Under the pieces are notes generated by a model. It did not search any database. It saw nothing but the letters and a program-made list of their open reading frames with translations, and was not told where the DNA came from. From a virus (Duplodnaviria; Heunggongvirae; Uroviricota; Caudoviricetes; Demerecviridae): a stretch of 35,532 bases of DNA. Shown here piece after piece: positions 19,997 through 27,610 of this stretch (positions are counted from its first letter, which is position 1; every line of letters starts with the position of its first letter). The stretch covers positions 1 through 35,532 of IMG/VR virus record IMGVR_UViG_2974607751_000001; one strand, 5' to 3'. Made by a program: the position numbers and the translations under genes.

Positions 19997-20419
19997 ATGA
20001 GTACAGAAAACCGAGTTATTGATATTGTTGTTGATGAGAAAGTACCTTATGGTCTTATCATGCAATTTATGGATGTTGATGATAGTGTATATCCACCAAC
20101 AGAAGTTCCTGTTAACTTAGAGGGGTACTCTCTACGCGGAACTATTAAAGCCAGCTTAGATGAAGATGCGGAAGTTCTGGCTAACTTTAAAGCTCGAGTT
20201 ATTGATGCTGCTCAAGGTGCCGCGGCTATTAGTCTTAGCGTTGGAGATGTTAATAACATTGGTATTAAGGCGTCCAAAGAACGTGATAAATATAACCCAA
20301 GACAACGTTTTGCAGGTTACTATGACGTACTTATGACTCGAGATGTGATCGGTTCAGAAGTAAGCTCATTCCGTATCCTAGAAGGGAAAGTTTACGTAAG
20401 TGACGGGGTAACTCAATAA
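19997..20419 (+). CDS. Collar / lateral-fibre anchoring protein (p132-like), 140 aa
   Basis: Size and position between pb4 and the lateral fibre; BppU-like GYYDVLM and RILEGKVYV motifs. Confidence 0.88.
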   Translation: MSTENRVIDIVVDEKVPYGLIMQFMDVDDSVYPPTEVPVNLEGYSLRGTIKASLDEDAEVLANFKARVIDAAQGAAAISLSVGDVNNIGIKASKERDKYNPRQRFAGYYDVLMTRDVIGSEVSSFRILEGKVYVSDGVTQ

Positions 20420-23400
20420 TGGCTATTAGAACTAAAGTTATTGTACAGCAGGTTCTGAGCATAGATGATACTACAACTACTGCTAGTAAGTATCCTAAGT
20501 ATACAGTAGTTTTAGGTAACTCTATTAGTTCTATTACTGCTGGTGAACTAACTGCTGCTGTAGAAGCCTCGGCTGCTTCTGCTGCGGCAGCAAAAGATTC
20601 TGAAATAGCAGCTAAAGAATCTGAACTAAATGCAAAAGATTCTGAGAATGATGCTGCTATCTCTGCCGGATCTGCTGAAACTTCTGCTACTCAGGCTGCT
20701 GCATCAGCTTCTGAATCTGAACAGCAAGCTTCCAGATCTAAAGTTAATGCTGATGCTTCTGCAGCTTCTGCTACAGAATCCAAAGACTTTAGAGATGCTG
20801 CTGAACTTGCTGCACAAAATGCTGAACAAAGTCGTAGACTAGCTGAACAAGCTAAAACTGCTGCTCAGACTGCTCAAGTAAACGCTGAGACAGCTAAAGC
20901 TGGTGCTGAAACAGCTCAAACTAATGCAGAAGGTTTTGCTAATACTGCGGGAGAATATGCTGCTGCTGCTAAGCAATCCGAGTTAAATGCTAAAACTTCG
21001 GAGACTAATGCTGCCGCTCATGAGGTAGAAGCAGGTAATCAGGCAGGTACTGCTACTACTGAAGCAGATCGTGCTAAAGCAGAAGCAGATCGTGCAGCTC
21101 AAGTTGTAGATAGCAAACTTGATAAAGTAGATATTTCTGGTTTCATTAAAGTTTATAAGACTAAAGCAGAAGCTGATGCTGATGTTACTAGCCGTGTTTT
21201 AGGGGAGAAGGTTCTAGTATGGAACCAGACTGAATCTAAGTATGGCTGGTATAAGGTAGCAGGAACGGAAGAAGCTCCTACCCTAGAATTAGTAGAAGTA
21301 GAGCAACGATTAGTATCCGTAAACAACGTTCATGCTGATGATGCAGGTAACGTACAGATTACACTTCCTGGTGGTAACCCTTCATTATGGTTAGGTGAAG
21401 TTACTTGGTTCCCTTATAATAAAGATTCAGGTGTTGGCTATCCTGGTGTTCTTCCTGCTGATGGTCGTGAAGTCCTTCGTGTAGACTACCCAGATACTTG
21501 GGAAGCTATTGAAGCAGGTCTGATTCCTTCTGTTACGGAAGAGCAATGGCAGGCTGGTGCAACACTGTACTTCTCCACTGGTAATGGTACTACTACCTTC
21601 CGTTTGCCTGATATGATGCAGGGGCAAGCATTCCGTGCTGCTGCAAAAGGCGAGGAAAACGCTGGCAGTATTAAGGAGCAAATCCCTTATATCACCATGA
21701 TTAATGGTAAAACTCCTGAGGATGATGGTACTATTACATTAGGTAACGCTGCCAATAAGGATGTTTGGAACGGCACTGATGGTGAGGTATTATTAAGAGG
21801 AGCTTTTGGTCTTGGTGGCACAGGGATTGCTTTAAATGAGCCTGACTTGGTATCTTTCTTCAAAGCATGTAGAGCTTTTGGTTCTGGATACTATAGAAAT
21901 GAAACAGCTATAGGGGGTTTACCTGCATATTCTGCTGGTTTCTATTCTAAAACTTCAGATACTCATTCCTTTATCTGTCCCCAGTACTCCAGTGGTATTG
22001 TATTTGTTGGTACTATTAACGATGCTGTATTAGATGGGGAGAATCCTACCGTAAATACTAACATTTTATATGGTACAGCTAATAAGCCTAATTTAAACGA
22101 CGATACTCTTGGTGTATTATCAGTTACTAAAGGAGGCACGGGAGGTGCTAGCGTTGATGAGGCTAAAGCTAACCTAAAAGTTAACCGTTTGGTACAAGCT
22201 GACACATTTACCCTTGTTAATGCTCCAGATAACACAAGGCTTGTTGTTGGTAATAGTGGTGAGTTAGGATTTCAAAATACCGAAGGTTTAAGTATTGGAC
22301 TACCAGTCTCTGGTGGCGGTACTGGAGCTATTACCGTAGATGGAGCTAGAAATAACTTAGGGTTAGGAAAATATCAAACCCCTAGATTTGCACACTTAGA
22401 TCTTGTTGTTGGTATAGAGGGTGATGGTAATGGTGGTATATTAAACTTAAATAAAGTTAATAGTGCTGAAATTACTACTTCACAATCACGTATATACCAT
22501 GAAGTACAGAATGGTAAAGCAAAAACTACTATTCATACTCGTAAAATAGAGGGTGGGGAGAAAAATCACTATCTACATATTGATGAGGATGGAAACCTTA
22601 CTAATGTTAATGCCCTAAGGTCCGAGCATGTATATACTGGTGGAGTTAGCTCTACTGGATGGATATCTGCACACCAAAACAATAGAATAGGTTGTATTAC
22701 TCAAGCGGGAGGTAATAAGGATATATACCTTAGTAACGTTGCTGATGATGGTGCTGGCGGTGGTTGGGTTAACCTAATACAAGGAAACTTCTACAATGGT
22801 TGGTGGCAGATGGGTGGGCGTAGAACGGGTAGCGACTCACTACAGAATGCGGAAATTAGAGTTAATAGTGGTAAGGGGCAGGAAGGTTGGTTTGTTTTTA
22901 ATCCAAACGGACGTTTAGTTGTTAGCCAAGGATTTAATGCTTATGCCCCTGCAAACACCCCAATGTTAAGAATGGAAGGTACTGCTACAGGTGAAACAGG
23001 ATGTTTTGCTAGTGGTTTAGTTGCTTCCGGTGGTTGGGTAGATTGGAGAACAAGACCTTGTGGTATGTTGGTAGAATCTCCAGCTACTGATTCAGCTGTT
23101 AACGTATTTAAGGTGGTTAAATGGGGTACTGATTGGGTTACTAGTATGGACTGTGTAGCTTGGTCAGCTGGTGGTGCTACTACCCGTATTAACGTATCTG
23201 GCGCATCATACGAGTTTAACCATGGTGGTACAGCTACTGCTGCTGCATGGGTCAGCACTTCTGATATTCGTTTAAAAGCCAATCTTAATAAGATAGAATC
23301 TGCTCGTGAAAAAGTAAAATCTTTAGTAGGGTATACTTACTATAAGAGAAACAATACACAAGAGGAAGATGAGCACTCTATATATTCTATAGAGGCAGGA

Positions 23401-23619
23401 CTAGTGGCTCAGGATGTTCAACTTGTACTTCCTGAAGCCGTGGAGAAGATAGGTGACTCTGACCTCTTGGGTGTTAACTATGCTGGTGTTACAGCTCTAT
23501 TAACTAATGCTCTCAATGAGCTTAGTGAGGAGTTTGCTACACAACAGGAAGAACTCAAGTCTGTTAAGGCAGAACTGGCAGAGTTAAAAGCTCTAGTAGC
23601 CACTCTGGTAAATAAGTAA
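20419..23619 (+). CDS. ltfA: Lateral (L-shaped) tail fibre LtfA-like, 1066 aa
   Basis: SKYPKYTVVL anchor; Ala-rich coiled coil; tail-collar-like domain; GGTG modules; C-terminal intramolecular chaperone (SDIRLK...GLVAQDV...VNY); N-terminal half matches DT57C-type LtfA as recalled. Confidence 0.9.
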   Translation: MAIRTKVIVQQVLSIDDTTTTASKYPKYTVVLGNSISSITAGELTAAVEASAASAAAAKDSEIAAKESELNAKDSENDAAISAGSAETSATQAAASASESEQQASRSKVNADASAASATESKDFRDAAELAAQNAEQSRRLAEQAKTAAQTAQVNAETAKAGAETAQTNAEGFANTAGEYAAAAKQSELNAKTSETNAAAHEVEAGNQAGTATTEADRAKAEADRAAQVVDSKLDKVDISGFIKVYKTKAEADADVTSRVLGEKVLVWNQTESKYGWYKVAGTEEAPTLELVEVEQRLVSVNNVHADDAGNVQITLPGGNPSLWLGEVTWFPYNKDSGVGYPGVLPADGREVLRVDYPDTWEAIEAGLIPSVTEEQWQAGATLYFSTGNGTTTFRLPDMMQGQAFRAAAKGEENAGSIKEQIPYITMINGKTPEDDGTITLGNAANKDVWNGTDGEVLLRGAFGLGGTGIALNEPDLVSFFKACRAFGSGYYRNETAIGGLPAYSAGFYSKTSDTHSFICPQYSSGIVFVGTINDAVLDGENPTVNTNILYGTANKPNLNDDTLGVLSVTKGGTGGASVDEAKANLKVNRLVQADTFTLVNAPDNTRLVVGNSGELGFQNTEGLSIGLPVSGGGTGAITVDGARNNLGLGKYQTPRFAHLDLVVGIEGDGNGGILNLNKVNSAEITTSQSRIYHEVQNGKAKTTIHTRKIEGGEKNHYLHIDEDGNLTNVNALRSEHVYTGGVSSTGWISAHQNNRIGCITQAGGNKDIYLSNVADDGAGGGWVNLIQGNFYNGWWQMGGRRTGSDSLQNAEIRVNSGKGQEGWFVFNPNGRLVVSQGFNAYAPANTPMLRMEGTATGETGCFASGLVASGGWVDWRTRPCGMLVESPATDSAVNVFKVVKWGTDWVTSMDCVAWSAGGATTRINVSGASYEFNHGGTATAAAWVSTSDIRLKANLNKIESAREKVKSLVGYTYYKRNNTQEEDEHSIYSIEAGLVAQDVQLVLPEAVEKIGDSDLLGVNYAGVTALLTNALNELSEEFATQQEELKSVKAELAELKALVATLVNK
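20590..20652 (+). repeat. Three imperfect 21-nt tandem repeats (heptads AKDSEIA/AKESELN/AKDSEND)
   Basis: gcaaaagattctgaaatagca / gctaaagaatctgaactaaat / gcaaaagattctgagaatgat; a further exact 14-nt repeat gaagcagatcgtgc lies at 21061 and 21082. Confidence 0.85.
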
Positions 23620-23623
23620 GAGT

Positions 23624-23648
23624 ATAGGGGAGTAATCCTCCCCTATTT
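23624..23648 (+). terminator. Stem-loop between ltfA and ltfB (weak terminator or mRNA stabiliser)
   Basis: ATAGGGGAG-TAATC-CTCCCCTAT perfect 9-bp stem; only a short T run follows. Confidence 0.6.
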
Positions 23649-23662
23649 ACTAAGGAAATACT

Positions 23663-25540
23663 ATGTCACGTAATTTAATGCCTAAATCTGGCGCAATGGC
23701 GCCATATATTGTTGTTAACAGGGATGCTGCTGTTGCGGGTGTCTTCTCTGTTGATGGAGAATCTGGTGCTGTTGTTCTAACTTCTAAATACTTACAAATC
23801 TCTAAGTATACTACAGATAAAGCGGCTACAGATTCTGCAATTAAAAGTATCAATGAGTCTATTGGTAATATTAATACTGCTCTTGGTGGTATTAATACAT
23901 CTATAGAAACTAAAGCGGCGAAAGGTGCTAATAATGATATTACAGAACTAAATGCACTTACCAAAGCTATTACTATTGCTCAAGGTGGTACTGGTGCTAC
24001 TGATGTGGCGGGAAGTAGAAAGAATCTAGGTCTTACCGCTTTTGAAATGACTGCTGTAGATACTAGAATGTTTAGTCCAGATAGGAAAAAGATACTTAGA
24101 ATATCTGATGCCATGTGGGGGGCCTATAATCTTGAAACAGGCCAAGAAATTGCACTAGGGATTGGTAGTGGAGGCACTGGTGCTTTAAATCCTAAGGACG
24201 CAAGAAAAAATCTAAATATCCCTGTTGGGGCTAATGCTGAGATAATTCCGGCAAATAGTAATGTCTTAGACTATATTGCTATTGCAGGTCAAAGTGGATA
24301 CTACTCTTCCGGGGATTTAGTTACACATATACCCCCAGTTAAAGAAGGTTGGTGGACGTATAATTTCCATTGTCATGGAGTAGATATTAACGGTGCTGCA
24401 CAGTATGGTGTTTTAAAGGCTGTTGGATTATCAGGTAGTTCATGGATTAACGTTCTAGATGGTACGGGTAACTGGAAAGGTTGGCAAGAACAGTTTAATC
24501 TGCAATCAACTGTCCTAGTAACTAATGGTGGTACTGGAGCAAATACGGCTGCAGGTGCTATAACTAAATTAGGAATTCCTAATATTGCAGAATGGACTCC
24601 TGCTAATGGGGTAGTACGTTGGACAGTTAATACTCCTTCTGAGCCTACAAGTACAGGCACAATATTAAAAGGGGGATTACTAGAAAGCTCTCATAATATT
24701 GCAGGGGTACAACGTGTTATTACTAGTTTAGTTCCTGAGTATAAGTGGGGCGAATCTGATACAGTTACTAATCTTAATGTGGCTCTATCTGACGCACAAG
24801 GACATATTATTCGCTATGGTGGATATAAATTCTCCTCCAGTGGGGTAGCTTCTTTTGGTACTTTAAGAGCGTTATCTTTTGATGGTATTATACTAGATAG
24901 GGGCGGAGATCCTACTTTCTCAAATAGAATAGTTCTTGAGACAGTAAAAGGAGCTGAAGGTGCTACATTAGCGGGGAGTATGGCTAACTTCGTAGATGGA
25001 ACATCACGAGTAGTAGTTAACGCTTTGAGTGTCTCTAATAATAGAAAAACTGTTTTATACCCCAGCGGTGGTGTTATATGTAAGCCTGGACTTTTAGGAG
25101 ATCCACAACTTTATAGTTATAGTATTGACTATTCTGGAGGAGCTGCACAGCTGTGGATTGATAGCTCTAACTTTGGTAATATACAAACAGCACCAGTATC
25201 TGATAAGTTACTAAAGAAAGACATAACTTATCGTACGGATAATGAGGTTGCCCTTAAACAAGTAATGCAGTGGAAGATAGCTGACTTTAGGTACAAGAAG
25301 AGAGGTATGCTACCTGAGTCGGAGATGAAAACTGGTTGGATTGCAAACGATCTTGTAACTATAAGTCCAGAGTGTGTCAAAGGTGTAGGATTAACCAAAG
25401 GTTTTGATGAAAATAACCCTAAAGGAGCTTATGAACTAGATACGGTTGCAATAATGGCTAAGATGTCTCAGGCTATTCAGGCACAGCAAAAAGAGATAGA
25501 AGAGTTGAAAGAACTTGTCAATCAACTACTCACTAAGTAA
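23663..25540 (+). CDS. ltfB: Second lateral tail fibre LtfB-like, 625 aa
   Basis: MSRNLMPKSGAMAPYIVVNRDAAVAGVFSVDG N-terminus of DT57C-type LtfB; AKGANNDITEL and GGTG modules; C-terminal chaperone SDKLLKKDI...GWIANDL; TAAGGA RBS. Confidence 0.88.
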   Translation: MSRNLMPKSGAMAPYIVVNRDAAVAGVFSVDGESGAVVLTSKYLQISKYTTDKAATDSAIKSINESIGNINTALGGINTSIETKAAKGANNDITELNALTKAITIAQGGTGATDVAGSRKNLGLTAFEMTAVDTRMFSPDRKKILRISDAMWGAYNLETGQEIALGIGSGGTGALNPKDARKNLNIPVGANAEIIPANSNVLDYIAIAGQSGYYSSGDLVTHIPPVKEGWWTYNFHCHGVDINGAAQYGVLKAVGLSGSSWINVLDGTGNWKGWQEQFNLQSTVLVTNGGTGANTAAGAITKLGIPNIAEWTPANGVVRWTVNTPSEPTSTGTILKGGLLESSHNIAGVQRVITSLVPEYKWGESDTVTNLNVALSDAQGHIIRYGGYKFSSSGVASFGTLRALSFDGIILDRGGDPTFSNRIVLETVKGAEGATLAGSMANFVDGTSRVVVNALSVSNNRKTVLYPSGGVICKPGLLGDPQLYSYSIDYSGGAAQLWIDSSNFGNIQTAPVSDKLLKKDITYRTDNEVALKQVMQWKIADFRYKKRGMLPESEMKTGWIANDLVTISPECVKGVGLTKGFDENNPKGAYELDTVAIMAKMSQAIQAQQKEIEELKELVNQLLTK

Positions 25541-25544
25541 AAGA

Positions 25545-25573
25545 AAACCCCAGTGGACAATCCACTGGGGTTT
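25545..25573. terminator. Bidirectional terminator between the convergent late and early units
   Basis: Perfect 13-bp stem AAACCCCAGTGGA-CAA-TCCACTGGGGTTT, with an A-rich left flank and a T-rich right flank. Confidence 0.92.
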
Positions 25574-25577
25574 ATTA

Positions 25578-25844
25578 TTATCTACTACCTGCAATAATAC
25601 CTAAGTTATATACTGCTAGCATGGCTTTAAGCATAGGATCTTGAGATTCAGTGCAGAGTGCGATAAACCCTTCTTCATCCCACTGTTCTACTGCACCCGA
25701 TACATCAACCCTCAGTACTATTTTCTCAGGTTCAACGTATTTAACGTCAATCTTGTAAAAATTAGATTGGTCTATATCTAATCCTGCCATATTAGGATCA
25801 GCAAAATTATTTACTTCCTGAGCTTCCAAAGCCGCCTTCTCCAC
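25578..25844 (-). CDS. Small acidic hypothetical protein, 88 aa
   Basis: GTG start with GAGGAG 7 nt upstream (inside dut); ends just before the terminator; 16 D/E versus 7 K/R. Confidence 0.75.
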   Translation of the reverse strand: MEKAALEAQEVNNFADPNMAGLDIDQSNFYKIDVKYVEPEKIVLRVDVSGAVEQWDEEGFIALCTESQDPMLKAMLAVYNLGIIAGSR

Positions 25845-26253
25845 GATCAGTCTCCTCTAGTTCGTCAACGATTTCAAAATGATGGGTTGAGTAGTGTGGT
25901 AGTACCACTAGCTGACAAAGTCTCTCGAAATTCTCCAGAGTTTGCATTTCAGAACCGTAGTTATAAAGGTTCATCTTAATAGTACCACGGTAGTCTGAGT
26001 CGATCACTCCTGCGGTATTTGCGATCATCAGTTTACGCTTACCTAAAGAGCTGCGAGGAACTACCAAACCAAACCAACCTCGCGGAATTTCCACCGCAAC
26101 ACCGGTGTCAATCATAAGGGATTTGCCTGGTGCAATAGCACGTAAATCTGCCGCAAGGTTAGTACCAAAGAATGCACGCAGATCCATACCTGCGGCATCA
26201 TCAGAACCAATCTTCGGCATACAATCTGGATGAGTTAGTTTAATTTTAATCAT
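25807..26253 (-). CDS. dut: dUTPase (trimeric), 148 aa
   Basis: Motifs AAGMDL, PRSSLG, GVIDSDYRG, RLCQL, RGEGGFGSSG. Confidence 0.98.
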   Translation of the reverse strand: MIKIKLTHPDCMPKIGSDDAAGMDLRAFFGTNLAADLRAIAPGKSLMIDTGVAVEIPRGWFGLVVPRSSLGKRKLMIANTAGVIDSDYRGTIKMNLYNYGSEMQTLENFERLCQLVVLPHYSTHHFEIVDELEETDRGEGGFGSSGSK

Positions 26254-27125
26254 TGTCCTGCGATCTCCAAAATATCTTTCGTAAACTTATCTAATACGTC
26301 TTGACCCACAGCAGCAATAGCATCTACACAATAGGTCGGTAAATCAACCAGAATCAAGTTTCGGAAAAGCAACTCCTCCGATGCGTTTAGATTCTGTATA
26401 TATTTCTGTTTCCCAGGCAGAGGGAGTTGATCAATAATATCCAGAACATTACCAAATTCACGGATAATATTATAACCACGTTTTGCACCAATGCCTTCAA
26501 CACCACGAATGTTATCACCGAGATCCCCCATAATTGCTTTTAGAGAGATAAATTGATCGACATCATCAACGTTATGATGTTCATACATATCACGAAGATG
26601 ATATTCACGACGTGTGGTAAAGGAGAAGCGAGAAACTCGATCAGTTAATAGAGTATCCCAGTCACCATCAGTAGAGATCAGCCAAACATGATCATATAAA
26701 TGACCAATGAGCTTAACAATATAAGCTGCCATATCATCTGCTTCTACACCACGAATAGTGAAAGTTGGGAATGTGGTTTCACACAACTCGAAAGCATCAC
26801 GAAGGTATTCAAAGAACTGTTCATCCAGTGCTTTCTCTTCTTCTGTACGTTGAGCATACTTTTCATCACGGTTTCCTTTATAATCAGGAAGATGCTCTAA
26901 ACGGAATACAGACTTTCCTTTATCACCGAGAACGATTGTAGTTCTAGCTGAATAGGATTTTGCGAGAGATTGAATTGTAGAAACATAACTTGATGCGAAT
27001 GGTTTCTTACTATTATTATGTTTGAAGCGGAAGCCTAAGTTAGTTCCATCAACAATCATTAGGTTGCGACGAGAAGCCAGCTCAGCTTCTTCCTCTTCAA
27101 TAAATTTTCCCCAGGATTTACTCAT
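26250..27125 (-). CDS. D15: 5'-3' exonuclease / flap endonuclease (T5 D15), 291 aa
   Basis: MIVDGTNL, YKGNR, GVEADD, STDGD, GDLGDNIRGVEGIGAK (H3TH); near-identical to T5 FEN as recalled. Confidence 0.98.
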   Translation of the reverse strand: MSKSWGKFIEEEEAELASRRNLMIVDGTNLGFRFKHNNSKKPFASSYVSTIQSLAKSYSARTTIVLGDKGKSVFRLEHLPDYKGNRDEKYAQRTEEEKALDEQFFEYLRDAFELCETTFPTFTIRGVEADDMAAYIVKLIGHLYDHVWLISTDGDWDTLLTDRVSRFSFTTRREYHLRDMYEHHNVDDVDQFISLKAIMGDLGDNIRGVEGIGAKRGYNIIREFGNVLDIIDQLPLPGKQKYIQNLNASEELLFRNLILVDLPTYCVDAIAAVGQDVLDKFTKDILEIAGQ

Positions 27126-27607
27126 TATTTAATTAAGTCCTCAACAGATGCGTGATGTAACCACGGTTCGAATAACCCGATTACGATTTCCATGTTTTTC
27201 TTATTTAACACCATATGGGTACGACTCATTAAGTTGTCAACCATCGGGTCTGAGCTATCCAAAGCAATTAACCACTGTCCTCTGTCTTTCTTGAATATTA
27301 AGGCTGGTTTGGAGTTCATCTGTTCACCTTCACGGGAACACTGCTGCCACCACTTCTCTAGAGTGGATTCACCAACATTAAATAAATTACTTGATATGTT
27401 ATCATCTTTATACCACTTAACTTCGAAGCAGTATTTACTAATGTGTCCGCTTTGTGGTGGAAGGTAGATGTCACCCTTCAGTCCATGGCTCTGGCCAAAA
27501 GCACCAGAGCCTGGAACACGTTCCCACTCAAGACCTGTACGTTCACGCAGTATATCTCTTACCTGATATTCACCGCGTTTGCCTTTCTCTCTACTATCTA
27601 CGGCCAT
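27125..27607 (-). CDS. D14: D14-like PD-(D/E)XK nuclease (Holliday junction resolvase-like), 160 aa
   Basis: KGKRGE...KGD...FEVK pattern of Hjc-type resolvases; synteny. Confidence 0.88.
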   Translation of the reverse strand: MAVDSREKGKRGEYQVRDILRERTGLEWERVPGSGAFGQSHGLKGDIYLPPQSGHISKYCFEVKWYKDDNISSNLFNVGESTLEKWWQQCSREGEQMNSKPALIFKKDRGQWLIALDSSDPMVDNLMSRTHMVLNKKNMEIVIGLFEPWLHHASVEDLIK

Positions 27608-27610
27608 GTT

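Noticed and set aside
23167-23174. Chi site GCTGGTGG in ltfA (another on the minus strand at 30259-30266)
   Set aside because: Two copies in 35 kb is about chance level; both fit Ala-Gly-Gly codons
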